Assembly (NCBI GenBank): GCA_051362555.1
Contig: CM120648.1
Coordinates: 20,146,587 to 20,210,586, forward strand
DNA from: Lingula anatina
Taxonomy: Eukaryota > Animalia > Brachiopoda
Direction: 5' to 3'
Length of the DNA: 64,000 nucleotides
Shown here: positions 29,501-41,067 of the stretch, in pieces
Position numbering within the stretch: the stretch's first letter is position 1
How the letters are laid out: each line of letters starts with the position of its first letter
Notes under the pieces: generated by a model
What the model was told of the DNA's origin: nothing
The model's database searches: none
What the model saw: the letters and a program-made list of their open reading frames with translations, nothing else
Translations under genes and position numbers: made by a program

Positions 29501-32500
29501 TTACGCTTGGCAATCTCAATCAGTTTTGTAGGAAAGGAGGATTGGCGCCATTGAATTGACAAATATTGACAATTGACAGTTCAGTCACAATAAACTATAG
29601 TGGCATGTTGCTTCAAGTTACCACACTTATTCTAAGATTGCTGAATTTTCATTACCGTAGGAGACCCTGGATCTCTCAACCAGAAGAAGAAACTTGGGGA
29701 TCAATCAGTTATAAGATTAAAATCTGTTGAACACTACCCATCACTGTTGTGTTCAGTATATGGAAAAGATGACCGTGATATTGGAACCTTGGAGATTCAT
29801 AACTTGATTTCACTCCTGTAAAAAGAAACTGCTTTGTTCTTTTACTGTCCAATTGATGATATGAAAATAAAGTACTCCTCCTGTCATTGTATGTTGCTGA
29901 CTCTGTTTTAATTTTCTTTATAGAAAAAGAATATAGATATCAAGATATCACATGTATTTACAAAGCCTATGGATCATTTGAAAGGAAAAAGAATGGTTGA
30001 AAAATGCAATATAAATCATTTCAAGTGGATTAATTAGTGTTGCACTTGAGAAAACTGATAAAATGAGACAGTCATTCCCTTTTACCTTTAGAAAAATCAT
30101 TTGTAATTTTTTTTCTCTATTGCTCCCTGAAAATAAGGTATATACACAATGCTGATGACACTGGATATGCACAATAATAACTTATTAAATTGGGGGGGGG
30201 GGGGGGGGGGGAATAACTTGTCACTAGTAATTTAAATTTATTCAGAAGTTGTATGGCTCTGTTTGAAAAGAATATTATTTGAGCAATCCTGTATTACAGA
30301 TCTCAAAATAAAAAACCTGCAAAAATGGGCCTCTTGATTATTTTGAGGAATTAGGGTAACTGTATTTTGGGACAGATTTGATGGCAGCCATTTTGTATTT
30401 ATAAAAATTGGATAGATTTGCCCTTATCAAAGCATAGTTTGAATTCCTGGCTGTGAGTCTTTGATTAAATTTGATTATTGGAAGGTATTATCTCAAAATG
30501 TACTGATATCTTGATTTCAGCCGTTTGGTTTTCTGCTAAAATTGCTAAAGTTTGAGGCACTTTTTCAATGTCTTCTGTTGTGTTTAACACACTTTTTGAA
30601 TTTTGTATGATTAGACCAATATATGCTTAGGATCCCTATAAAATTTTATGGCTGTCAAGCCTGCAAAAAGAGAGATATGAATGTTTGAACATTGCTTGGT
30701 AGAAAAGTGAGTTTGGGGGGTGGGGTCATAAAAATGGGCGTGGCTCGTTAGTTTGTGGGTTAAACTGAAATTTAGTAACATATTCTCAATGGCAAATGGC
30801 TGGTTTAAATAGGTAAATTTTCAATTAATTTTAAAAAGTCATCAGTTTTGAAATATTTGCTTATGAAGTGGCTTTATTGACCGAAGCTGAAAATCAAGCC
30901 AAAAATGGCCAAAACATATAATATCATATTATAATTATATCCAATGATTTCTTTTGGGATTGTTGCCTTCAATCTTAATATCTCCTATATATGCAACAAT
31001 ATTATGAATTTGGTTGAAATCTGTTGACCCCCACCTTGCCACCCTCTGACTGGTCTTATCATGGACACACACTTAAAACATTAAACTGTATGAAGTCTGC
31101 TCATACTTGTAACTGTTATCAATAATTGTCAAAAGCAAGATCTTGCAATGAATGAACATGCATGCTGGCATTAAACTATTTTATCTAATTTATATGTTCA
31201 TAAAGTGAGCATCTCTTGTAAATAATGGAGATTTACAGTGCTTATTCTTTTCTGCAGATCACATTACTGAACATGAACTATATTCAATGTAATAACTGTA
31301 TTCACTGCTGAGACTGATAAAAAAAAAAAGTCACAAAATTTACTTAAATCTGGACTTTCTGTCTCTGACTAGAACATCTTTGGGGGGTGCAGGGACTGGG
31401 GCTGTATTTGGCCCAAGGTTCCTTGGGTCCCATGGTTCCAACAGCACCCTAGCTGCTAAAGGCCGTGCACTTGTCATTCTCATGTCAAATGCCAGAGTTT
31501 GTAAGATGTGGATGTAGTCATAAGTCTTTCTAATGGCTTGAGGTTTCACTATCCATGATTTGGCATGTTTGCTGTAACACTTAGTATACCTGAAATAAAA
31601 CAGTGGCAAGACTTTAATTCGTTTTCAAGAAAATGACTTTGCATGTAATAACCTTTAAAATATGAGTTTACAAGTGAAAATAACCATAGTAACAAGTTTT
31701 CTTTGGCACATAGACTTTAAAAACGGAATTATATATTAATTTTTGCTGTTTACCTTATTTCACCGGATTCCAAGTCAACTGCAGCTCCTCTATCTTTATG
31801 GTTCTGATAATCCATGACCGCCAAGTAATTACGTGCCCTGTATCCAGGTGGCTTGTAGGAATTTCTTTTTGAGCAATACATTAGAATGTGAGAGTTAATA
31901 CTCTCAATGTGTCCCGTGTGTCTAAAAAAAAGAAAAACAAAAAAATTGAACATCCAGTTATTTGTAATAAGCGGTGTTATTTATTGGTTTCTATCAATGG
32001 AGTCATATTTGGCATTGAAATAATACCCTTGCCTTGAATTGAAATAAAAAACTTTGCAATCAATTACAAATACCAACAAAAATAATTAACACCATTGTTA
32101 ATTTTTGTTCTTTTCCACACCTGTTATTGACATAGTGTCCAATGTCCTTTTGGAATCTTTTGTTAAGTAGAATCTGCCCCAATGCAGCCAGTCCCTGTGA
32201 AGATGGTTCCAACCACTTCTTCATTCTCTCTTCATCAGGCGGTAGGGGGTTGTGTTCACACTTGGCTGTCCAAAAACCATCACCTGATAACCATTCGTGC
32301 TCATTTTGCACATGGTGCATTGCACCTCTCCACTTTGACTAAATAAAAAATCAGAATTCATTTAGTAAACAAGAAATGTGAAAAATTAAAAATGTCTATA
32401 TAGGCAGTTCAAAAGAAACAATGAACATTTCTTGTCAATGATGTTAAAGGCAGGATCAAACTCACCAGGAACTTTCCATGACTTCCCTCACAAGTCCTAG

Positions 32501-35500
32501 CACATTCCCAAAAATGGGTGCATAAGTCCTTGCTCCATGGGATAATATCGCGCGTAGCCTTTTTCTGTCCTGCCTGTGATTGTAAATAAGATGTCATTTT
32601 AAACATGGAAATATACCAATATGCAGCATTCAATGTTTTGTACAAGTATTTTATGTTTATATTTTTAACAATGTTTTGGTTTATTTGTGAAAATAACTAC
32701 CTGCCAGATAAGAATTATTTTCAGGAATTAATCAGCATCAAAATAAGACATTCGTAAATTAAAATTCTATGGGTCACTGTTGGTCTTTATACAATTTGAT
32801 CAAAATAGATAAATTTCAAAACTTACCGCAATAATTTTCTTTGCTAAGTTTTTGGTACCATGCCACACATCCCAAGAATGTTTCATGCCAGGCTCGTTTT
32901 TCCCTAAAATTTCAGATATAAAAAATTATCATGTCACAACAGTGGCATTTTGTGTAAGGGGAAATCAAACTTGCTCTTTATTGTTAATTTGAACTTGGAC
33001 AACAATTGAGGTTGCATTACTTGTTTGTCAATGTCATCACATAAAGATATGTTTGAACTTACTTATATGTGCAGCAATGCTAACATGAGCATCCGTGACA
33101 ATCTCCACTACATTGATACCCCTCTCTCTAAGGAACCTGAGTGACCTCAGCAAGCCCTCTTTCTCCATGGCATTGCTATTTAGTTGGGTTTCTTTCTTCT
33201 CTACAACTTGAATGTCCAGGACATCCCCTGTCTCATAATTTGTGACTACATAAGTACAGTACTGGGCACTGTGTCCTGGACTATCCATCCTTCCATCACC
33301 TGAAAATATATACAGTTTTCCATCAAAAATCCATAACACTCATTTGAGGCAAAATATTTATTTGTTATAAATACTTGAGACACTATTTTACCAATTTCTC
33401 TTGTCTTATTTTAATTGTTAAGTAATACATCAGAGATATCTTCATACCAGCAATAATCACTTCCTTATTTTGGCAAGAGGCAAGGATCTCATCTTGCATT
33501 TGTCGAAAATGGTGTTCTACAGCAGGTATGCCATAATCCCTCTGTATAGCATAATAGGTCTTCTCACTAACAAATCCACTGTTCATCCACTGGGACATAA
33601 ACCGAACTTTCCTGTAATTGTTCCCACTAAACAGAAGACTAGTGGACCAGAAAAAATCCCCAGCCAACATGCCTAGGTTCAACTTGGGTTGAGAGCACCA
33701 CTGACCACCTTCATGGCCATCTGGGCATGACTGAAAAAAAAAAAAAGAAATATATTTCAATTTCTTATCAAGATATGCAAATGCCCACCTGAAAATTAAT
33801 TATAAAAAATGTGTTAAAATTGTTTACATTTTGATCATATGAAAAAATGCTGTACATTAATGTTTCAAATGTGCATCTTAATGTGGTGTGTAAACATATT
33901 ACAAAATTACATTAGTGTAATACATTTGACCGGTTTTCTGCATGAAAATATGATATATAAAAGAGAAGATTTTAGAAAAACTGTATTAATAATAATGGAC
34001 ATAAGCAGTGTATGTGTGACAAGATTATAGGCCCACTGTTTGAGGATACCAGCACATAGTCATTGATAATAATCTTATTACATCTCACGTTTAATAAAAA
34101 ATAAAACCTATATCCTACTTAGGGTAATGAGAGACTAAATCCTGTGATACTTCATTTAAATTCCTGAATGTTCTTTAAAATTATTACTTAATGGTAGAAG
34201 ACTTGGTACAATTTACTAACCCCGTATTACAATGTAGTCACAAAGGTCTTTTACCTGAAATAGTGCCTTAATTTTATATTTATTAATTAAATATCCAGTG
34301 AGAGCAAGGGAGACCACCCCTCACCTCTGCAGCTTCAATATAGCTTGTAACTCAGTTGAACTCCCCGTATCAGAAAGACAGAGCACCATCGTAAATAATA
34401 TCAGAAATACATTTATAAAGATTAACCCAAGAAATATTTTGGTATAATCATAGATATTCTGAAATAAAGTGAAAAGGACAATGTAACCTACCCACTTCAC
34501 ATATGTTCCTGTGCCAGACTTCTGAAAGGACACCACATACTTTTTGCTGCAAGGGCAAGGTGGCAACAACTCTTCCAATAGCAGTCTAATAGATGATTCA
34601 TAAGTCAGAAAACAACTTTGCCCCACAATTTCTTCAGCTGATGTCACTTTACTGAACAGCTTGCTGCCATCAGGAATAGGGCCTATCTCTACTTCCTCAT
34701 CTCCAGGTAAAATATCATCATCTCCAGTGACTGTTGGCAGTTTCATCACCTCTTCAATATTGTTGTGTCTGGAATAAATATATACGTTTTATTTATTTTT
34801 TTTAAATACCTTTGTCACAAAATAGTATATATAGTAATTTCAAGTCTGTTAATGGGAATTCATGTACATTTGCACATTGCATGTGTAATAACTTTGGAAT
34901 TTTGATATGAAACTAATGAAATATCTCCACACATCCCCCCCCCCAAAAAAAAAAAAAAAAAAAGGTATTAAGTTAAAAATTATAATTATATCAAAACATA
35001 TAGAGGAGATTGTAAAAAAAATATACGCACTGGAAAGATATGTCAGCTTTGTAATTTGGATAGGTATCATCATCATTATCCTCATTATATTCATCTTCAA
35101 TTTCTTCATATGTGAGATTAACACTGAAATGAAAAGAAAGTCCAGTTGGCAATGAGGATGTAACTATACTACATATGTATTAAATGACAGGTGGAGTCAT
35201 ACCAGATTTCATAATACTTGACAAATACAAAAGTTAATGAAATAAACTATTTTTTCACAGTTATAACTAAAAAGGAGGTAAACATACCTCATATCATTGG
35301 GATCAAACATGGAAACTTTGCTTTCCCTTGCAGCTGCTTCTGGTCCACTACCAGCACTTTCTACACCTGACATGGGTGCACTGAATAAAGGAAATAAAAA
35401 AAAATAATAATACTTTTAGTAAAACACTTCACGTGCTATTGGATATAGCTCAAACTAACTGGTGGTATAAGTCCCATGGCAAAACAGCCATCGGACTTAT

Positions 35501-38500
35501 AAAACTTGTAAAATAGTATCATATTAAAGGCTCCATTACCCATGGATGTCATCAGTCTTCACTGATCATTGTAACTCAATATGTACTCTTCCTGAATACA
35601 GTTTCAGAAAAGCTGGTGATTATATGAGTATGTTGGAAACAAAAAGTGACAGTCATTCAGATTGCACCAGAGAGAGTTCTTACAGAGGTGGCTCCATCTA
35701 CACAGACCAATGGTATCTATGACAATGGGGTCAAATAATAACATGCATTACACTTGTTTCTATTGCAAGGTTTACAATGAATGGTGAAATAAACAGCTAT
35801 TACAGGACTGGCAAGATTTTTTGTGAAAGCATGCGCTCTGGATAAGTAAAGTTTATGTGAAAAAAATAAATTACAAGTAAAACATAGTCTACTGGAAATC
35901 AATTACTTAGTTCAGACCAGTATCAGATTGGGAGGACATGAAGATTTCTAATAATGCAGGTCCTCCAGACCGTCAGAGCCTAAAAATGTATCCTGATGGC
36001 TGTTAAGTTATCAAACACTTACTCTGACTCTGATTTTGACTCAATGTCACTCAACTGTATTGGGGGCAGTGGTTTTGAGCTGGCTGTGGGGGTACTGGTA
36101 GGCCTACTGGTAGATGTCCGCTGTGCATAATACCTGCAGGGTTTTAAAAAATTACCATGACGGCGTGAGTCCCGGCATTAAACAATTCAAAACGTTTATG
36201 GCGAATAAAATTTAAATCATGGATGTTTACCTCGCTTACATACTCCAAAATTAATGTGCACACAATCTAAGATTGTAGGCTACTTGTAGTGGGGAGATAG
36301 AGTCAAGTAGGACATTACGTAAGAAAGTGAGAATCTAGCCGTTTTGATACAAACCTGCCCACACTTCTTCCCTAAATAAATATACTCAAAACATTCTACG
36401 TGCGACACGGGTGCTCTGCCTAAAATGTATCGTGACATTTTCTACAATTCATTTGAGATCGTACTTTAACCTGTCCAACAGAATTTTCGCAAGTCGCTCG
36501 TGTGTTAGTTTTAGTTCATTTTTTAGCTCAGTCCATCTAGTTGATTGGCTTCCCAGTGAGATCAACGTTCTCTGCTTTTCCCTTTCTCTTTTTCTCTCTT
36601 TTTTCACTGGCGTGGGGAGTTTTTTCCTCCCTCTTTTCAATCCACGTGTAGTCGGAGTACCCTCCATATTGGATTACATTAACATCCGGGTCTTCGTCAT
36701 ACCGTAGTAAAAGTGCTAGTAGTATTCAGTCATATGCAAATTGAGGCACGTCCCAGAATTCCACGCGTAGGGGAGTAATGGCGAGAAGTTTAGACGAAAA
36801 AAAAATGCTGCGCTTTTTTTCTTTAAGTGATCTTAAAAACCTGTACTTTGACCTTTATTTTCTCAACGGTTCCGTGTGAGACATGCTTCAGGGTTCAGGA
36901 TCAAATAGGTAAAGTTTCAGAGAAAGGCCTATTTAAGCGTCTACAGCGGAAAGACATCCTTTAATGTTTATATACCTTGTGATGATGTATGCACCTTCTT
37001 CTTTCTACTGGATGAACCGGTTGCTGAAATCGGCATTTACATGTTAAAATTAGCTGATATAAATAATAATAATCAAAATGCATTTTGATCAAGTGATTAT
37101 GTAATGTCCTAAATTCATGTGTTAAAATGGGTGATGTAAAAATATGCAAGTAATCAGAAGCAGTTAACACTGATTGGAAAACATAAAATAAATACATATA
37201 TTTTAATAAAATCTAAAATTGAATATAATAAATACCTCTTCTTTTAAATGGTACATGGCAGGAATGTTCATAGCTAACAAAGAAAATAGCAATACTATAT
37301 ATGAACATATGATGATTACCTTTCCCTGATGTTAACAAATAATATATCTGTATAAGGATGGGTCCCACTCTACAGTTACTCTTGTAAAGTGTAATCTGCA
37401 TAACTGAATGACATGCCTCCTCCAGCGGCTACAGGGTACTGAACTTGCATGTGTGCTCAGATTAATTACCTCCTAGGTGTTGAAGAAGGCAAGTCACACA
37501 GTAAAGGTATAAGGATCTCACACAGAGTTGTACCAACCCAACTTAATGTAATAGGCTGTGTTTCCCTGTATGGGGATCTAAGAGATTGCATTCTTTTAAT
37601 TTTAATTTCAATGTTTCTCTCAATATGATAATTTATATTGTTTTACTTACAACTTTAAAACAGATGGATTAGAATATATATGCAATAAGCACCTGTTCTT
37701 AAGCCCGTTTCATGACTAGAATCTGTAGCTTGCACGTCTTCATGCCTAGTATAGATGGAGGTGGATTCTGCATTACTATCATTCCTAGTATAGATGGAGG
37801 TGGATTCTGCATTACTATCATTCCTAGTATAGATGGAGGTGGATTCTGCATTACTATCATTCCTAGTATTCATGGAGGTAGATTCTGCATTACTATCATT
37901 CCTAGTATAGATGGAGGTGGATTCTGCATTACTATCATTCCTAGTATTCAAGGAGGTGGATTCTGCATTACTATCATTCCTAGTATAGATGGAGGTGGAT
38001 TCTGCATTACTATCATTCCTAGTATAGATGGAGGTGGATTCTGCATTACTATCATTCCTAGTATTCATGGAGGTGGATTCTGCATTACTATCATTCCTAG
38101 TATAGATGGAGGTGGATTCTGCATTACTATCATTCCTAGTATAGATGGAGGTGGATTCTGCATTACTATCATTCCTAGTATAGATGGAGGTGGATTCTGC
38201 ATTACTATCATTCCTAGTATAGATGGAGGTGGATTCTGCATTACTATCATTCCTAGTATTCATGGAGGTGGATTCTGCATTACTATCATTCCTAGTATAG
38301 ATGGAGGTGGATTCTGCATTACTATCATTTCTAGTATAGATGGAGGTGGATTCTGCATTACTATCATTCCTAGTATTCATGGAGGTGGATTCTGCATTAC
38401 TATCATTCCTAGTATTCATGGAGGTGGATTCTGCATTACTATCATTCCTAGTATTCATGGAGGTGGATTCTGCATTACTATCATTCCTAGTATAGAAGGA

Positions 38501-40772
38501 GGTGGATTCTGCATTACTATCATTCCTAGTATAGATGGAGGTGGATTCTGCATTACTATCATTCCTAGTATAGATGGAGGTGGATTCTGCATTACTATCA
38601 TTCCTAGTATAGATGGAGGTGGATTCTGCATTACTATCATTCCTAGTATAGATGGAGGTGGATTCTGCATTGCTATCATTCCTAGTATTCATGGAGGTGG
38701 ATTCTGCATTGCTATCATTCCTAGTATAGATGGAGGTGGATTCTGCATTACTATCATTCCTAGTAAGATGGAGGTGGATTCTGCATTACTATCATTCCTA
38801 GTATAGATGGAGGTGGATTCTGCATTACTATCATTCCTAGTATAGATGGAGGTGGATTCTGCATTACTATCATTCCTAGTATTCATGGAGGTGGATTCTG
38901 CATTACTATCATTCCTAGTATTCATGGAGGTGGATTCTGCATTACTATTATTCCTAGTATTCATGGAGGTGGATTCTGCATTACTATCATTCCTAGTATA
39001 GATGGAGGTGGATTCTGCATTACTATCATTCCTAGTATAGATGGAGGTGGATTCTGCATTACTATCATTCCTAGTATTCATGGAGGTGGATTCTGCATTA
39101 CTATCATTCCTAGTATAGATAGAGGTGGATTCTGCATTACTATCATTCCTAGTATTCATGGAGGTGGATTCTGCATTACTATCATTCCTAGTATAGATGG
39201 AGGTGGATACTGCATTACTATCATTCCTAGTATAGATGGAGGTGGATTCTGCATTACTATCATTCCTAGTATAGATGGAGGTGGATTCTGCATTACTATC
39301 ATTCCTGGTATAGATGGAGGTGGATTCTGCATTACTATCATTCCTAGTATAGATGGAGGTGGATTCTGCATTACTATCATTCCTAGTATAGATGGAGGTG
39401 GATTCTGCATTACTATCATTCCTAGTATTCATGGAGGTGGATTCTGCATTACTATCATTCCTAGTATTCATGGAGGTGGATTCTGCATTACTATCATTCC
39501 TAGTATAGATGGAGGTGGATTCTGCATTACTATCATTCCTAGTATAGATGGAGGTGGATTCTGCAATACTATCATTCCTAGTATAGATGGAGGTGGATTC
39601 TGCATTACTATCATTCCTAGTATTCATGGAGGTGGATTCTGCATTACTATCATTCCTAGTATAGATAGAGGTGGATTCTGCATTACTATCATCTACATAA
39701 GAACAAATACATGTACTTTATTACCAAACATTACATTTAAACCACTTTCAAGAACCAAGTTGAATAACTTGGTCATATATTTCTTCCAAAGCAGTTATTA
39801 CAATTTCATACATCAAATTCATACACTGTAGCTATATCATTTGACCTTTACTAGGCTAATTCATTATAATTAAATTTCATACCTATAAACAACTGGCTGT
39901 CGTTTCCTGCCAATTCTTTGATACCCTCTACTGCAGTTTCTCTAATTATCTCTATTACCTGATCAGTATAAACATATAGAGATATATGTATATATAAAAT
40001 ATGCCTCCTGGTGATTGGACATTCCAATAGGGCATGTCTGTGAAACTCAGTGTTGAAGTATTCATATTCACAGAGTCAGTCTAAGTTAATTACTCTACTT
40101 AATATCATCTTGATGTTCTTAAAGCAATTAAATATAAAACGAAGTTAGCCATTATGCAATTTAATATACAAATTTATTTTTAATAATAACAAAATAACAC
40201 CTTCTTCTCCCACTCTGACAGTGGACTGGGCCCCACACCACCACCTGTCTGCCGCATTGCTGCACGGCGTTTGGCCTCTTTGCGCTTAGTGCGAGACGTG
40301 AGTTCATGCCATTTTTTCCTGACCTCTCGGAAACTCCTCTTTATATGTGAAACACTGTTAACTCTAGACGGAAAGCATTCATAATTTTAATAAAAAAATA
40401 TAAGAATCACCACTTTATTGCTTCATCATACTGTACATGTACATGACCATGTCAAGATGTGTTAATAGAGAGCAATTACAATTACTTTTATTGAATAACT
40501 ACAACAACATACCAAACTAAATCATCAATAAGCATTAATTAAATATAATGGATATAATTTTACCATGGCAAAACGGACTACGATTAACAGAAAAGGACTG
40601 TTAATTATAATTATTCAACTTACTTTTCGGCAACTTCAGCCCATTGTTTTTCTTTGGACTTTAGAGTCACGGTGTTGGTGAAGGGGCTAAATAGTGTAGG
40701 TCTACACGAGACCTCCTCCACCAACACCGCGAGCTCATTGGTTTTATAACGCTCCCTGCTGTGTTTCTCCAT
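8514..40772 (-). CDS. Harbinger Myb/SANT-like DNA-binding protein gene, multi-exon, split by the nested insertion at 9080-36960
   Basis: Exon 40772-40624 MEKHSRERYKTNELAVLVEEV..KQWAEVAEK; 40363-40201 VNSVS..EVRKKWHEL..QTGGG; 39958-39882 VIEIIRETAVEGI; 39692-37693 repeat exon; ~37024-36977; coiled-coil last exon ~8632-8514 (LKVEKERLQLERERLEIDKSN*). Splice phases fit for exons 1-4; linkage of the last exon is inferred. Confidence 0.7.
9275..9375 (+). promoter_or_regulatory. Probable promoter of the KolX-like gene
   Basis: Two AGCCAAT boxes (~9280, ~9358) and GACGTCACGTG (CRE/E-box, ~9328) upstream of ATG 9416. Confidence 0.4.
9416..11382 (+). CDS. KolX-like / P2X7 C-terminal (ballast, Zn-binding) domain protein, about 5 exons
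   Basis: [58 protein letters not shown]; exons ~9416-9433, 9833-9903, ~10118-10433, ~10635-10890, 11104-11382 with GT-AG boundaries; GGRGRRS repeats. Confidence 0.85.
13380..13608 (-). repeat. 3' LTR of Gypsy 1
   Basis: Identical by eye to 28323-28551; TGTAG...CTATA termini on minus strand; PPT adjacent at 13609-13622. Confidence 0.95.
13828..16251 (-). CDS. ORF3 of Gypsy 1: TatD-family metal-dependent nuclease with long N-terminal extension (~807 aa)
   Basis: DSHCH, GMHP, ALGEVGLD, VLHGR, HCHCF, LLLETDAPY motifs; ATG 16251 directly follows polypyrimidine-CAG. Confidence 0.92.
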   Translation of the reverse strand: MDSRKWKDLVVDIEICTAEGRIWPIQKMDELVDRVAMAPKDCLGQASSLVLRQVALARHKAMEKWRKKLAQGLLAVQFRPHAWICDNVAQVPSGRQAVRAEPTGPARDIRLGTDPTIVQHTSYVSQSMEVDEAVLEGQAGGDSPADERVLDTPPSEAQAEFKDSGLWSEQTEPRSSEAQEQPGESRVPQEVPPVTSSGELGTGGESESRATEPMCVEPGLESLESGARPPERMESESGDSVAVTEGSGARVSESTDHGSGSEGPEYQWQVKEPRRRESRGRSPVRGGGAQRGARPKGPPPHPLTGSRNPRPQERAGGSRCPSEAPGSYRAALMAPPAAKGYSKRGGRPTRPPAKRPRCRHGSDSSCSPHRRQGSTPQGQSAWKRVEHPCEARPRYCLAGCGQPMSEEHAFKEHLPLIFHPELSSAPGITERRVAALHYLKKRIVGSHLTLEILLDAASVEDRGGPVDQVGIEALRAHMRLGTSSRIPQLLRWEVLLDLMTLIQGQEEFRSLFSPSPEELQMLPQSPAGYDSHCHIDRTRAKLSLDASAGLREIQAAVPTVEPVRIDGFTAIYCDPNTYPTEGEMEAIKNEGGVISVGMHPRHYCTSAEWAKFQSIINHPSVTALGEVGLDMSVAPARWEDQLTNLEAALHFLEPNHVLVLHGRGLSTSTDADDAVWHIILDKLRAVGVGTRQLIHCHCFLGFPDMVRAFVRYYPNTYFGVTGRFAEHEGPVNAKAHDMLRTLPLERLLLETDAPYFNIQRNKCSTPALLGHVAKLVVEIRGERWREVLRQTRDNARRLYLEKRGPDG
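16299..16346 (-). CDS. Displaced C-terminus of Gypsy 1 Pol (end of the PHD finger)
   Basis: Reads LSINKYKCQDCIRRA*; joins DAL at 21517 across the TTAA; matches [13 protein letters not shown] in Gypsy 2. Confidence 0.92.
   Translation of the reverse strand, partial: LSINKYKCQDCIRRA
16347..21513. mobile_element. Kolobok B, decayed/non-autonomous (5167 bp)
   Basis: TTAA TSD at 16343-16346 and 21514-21517; imperfect TIR AAGGACACAAAAGAGGATT / AGGGACAAAAAATAGGATT; remnants resembling the Kolobok A transposase (AKYLLD ~16840, FLTFECCL ~18735, FWSS ~18922). Confidence 0.88.
17985..18572 (+). mobile_element. 5'-truncated LINE (CR1/L2-like) RT 3' fragment
   Basis: RLYFLRQLKRA, ILEYACPVWHPG, RALKIIFP; ends AATAAA plus (TTA)n tail. 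Confidence 0.75.
21514..26065 (-). CDS. pol: Pol of Gypsy 1 (protease, RT, RNase H, integrase, PHD finger)
   Basis: VDTAA protease; FLDD RT; DTDAS RNase H; HHCC, VHLDF, TDQGRNF, VERYNRT integrase; YCSCRQ..CDYCGEWYHGSC PHD. Confidence 0.96.
26011..28056 (-). CDS. gag: Gag of Gypsy 1 with N-terminal HhH-like motif and C-terminal CCHC knuckle
   Basis: INYANVNELMRTPGL..KIAELREQFG; capsid-like LTFNGHGSW..QGETETVDEW; CYKCNRQGHIARECP. Confidence 0.92.
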   Translation of the reverse strand: MATHARIFINYANVNELMRTPGLTEDQVFKIAELREQFGNLNVQQVESALCCRLAPRTLDMVDFEPNQRLGVGSTAVSLRERKVQETGGSGNWLWRFFRFLLGLFFGFSAQEESNAFNSESAPHGGGTRQLGGCEGQVSAHRNSEATVPKRLFEDSGLEGANSPQLVKRSPGKNVVKNVNSGVQQGGPYVPYTPSPMGGGVALGPGSQDRAVYTPELFTPSPGGGVVRETPMSGDVRGEGYAVGPGGGGSYSGYPGNHSPPMAPGVSPPVMHPGNHGFSALHPGNHSSPAMHPGDHGFSALHPGNHSSPAMYPGNHGFSVQHPGSHSSPDVHPGDHGSPVVGSGSNSGHLVYHSTPVEGGSQDEHPVFQGSPILKRGAASRRTARLTELGAEQDSIERRKVNPPKSLTFNGHGSWAAFKLLFLRQAEREDWDRDMSLDALCLCLKGKALDCCVNVTRRLGKLSYEGLMEELETCYGETDTPATVRSQLHNATQGETETVDEWGVRVLRLTSEAYAQLPRTFVESEAVSRFFAGMIDSEAGQSIYMRQPATLREAMQLAKMHREMRVTMENAGKKLRPGAKRANQVTPTAEGNIPELEQMRDTIKEMEKALKDVRQELSRRSSTGYGHGAAPGNQRGWGRGSTGSSVLCYKCNRQGHIARECPQVGNSTGSRPEANPRSGDS
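27040..27300 (-). repeat. 30-bp coding tandem repeat in gag (HPGNHxxxxx)
   Basis: Alternating HPGNHGFSAL / HPGNHSSPAM units, about 8 copies. Confidence 0.9.
28312..28321 (-). promoter_or_regulatory. Primer binding site, tRNA-Leu-like
   Basis: TGGTGGCAGC one base after the 5' LTR; complementary to the 3' end of metazoan tRNA-Leu (GCTGCCACCA). Confidence 0.75.
28323..28551 (-). repeat. 5' LTR of Gypsy 1
   Basis: Direct repeat of 13380-13608. Confidence 0.95.
31340..36667 (-). CDS. Kolobok DDE transposase, multi-exon
   Basis: Exonic motifs GDGRMDSPGHSAQYCTY, EIVTDAH, HSWDVWHGTKNLAKK, HFWECA, HHVQNEHEW..CEH, HTGHIESINSHILMYCSKR, DYQNH; GT-AG introns; not every exon phase checked. Confidence 0.85.
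37745..39692. repeat. 39-bp minisatellite, about 50 copies
   Basis: CCTAGTATAGATGGAGGTGGATTCTGCATTACTATCATT with a TTCA/TAGA variant; 1-nt deletion near 38766. Confidence 0.98.
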
Positions 40773-41067
40773 TTCACGTGCGATTTACTATCGTCCCTCC
40801 AAACAAAAAAGAACCGCTAGGCGTACGCGTGTGTTCGAGACTATAATTGTACTTCCGGACAGGCATTTATTGCGTTGCGTTTGCTAAGGCGTCGAGATAT
40901 CAGGTGGGTGCAATCGCACTAGCAAATTGACCCATTAGAGCCTGCGTCATCAAAACAAACGGCAGCCATACTGGAGGGAGACCGGAATCGTCTGCTGTGC
41001 ATGAACAAGCCATGTTTGTAGTTTAGTTTTCGTTTTCTGTATTTTCTTTGATATTTAACTGAGCAAA

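Larger units (their letters stand above)
12227..31072. mobile_element. Sola3-like non-autonomous TIR element (host of the Gypsy insertion)
   Basis: TTAA at 12223-12226 and 31073-31076; ends GAGCGTGTCCATGA..GGCAAGGTGGGGGTCAGCAGATTT vs reverse complement GTGTGTGTCCATGA..GGCAAGGTGGGGGTCAACAGATTT; patchy inverted similarity extends ~500 bp. Confidence 0.65.
9080..36960. mobile_element. Kolobok DNA transposon A (autonomous type, two convergent genes), carrying nested insertions
   Basis: TTAA at 9076-9079 and 36961-36964; TIR AGGGGGTCTTTCCG vs reverse complement AGGATGTCTTTCCG; encodes a DDE transposase and a KolX-like protein. Confidence 0.85.

Noticed and set aside
37712-38806. 364-aa plus-strand ORF (IDGGGFCITIIPS)n
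   Set aside because: Antisense reading of the minisatellite; the minus-strand frame fits the exon structure
37745-39692. CRISPR-like regular repeat array
   Set aside because: Units are head-to-tail with no unique spacers; eukaryotic context; it is a minisatellite
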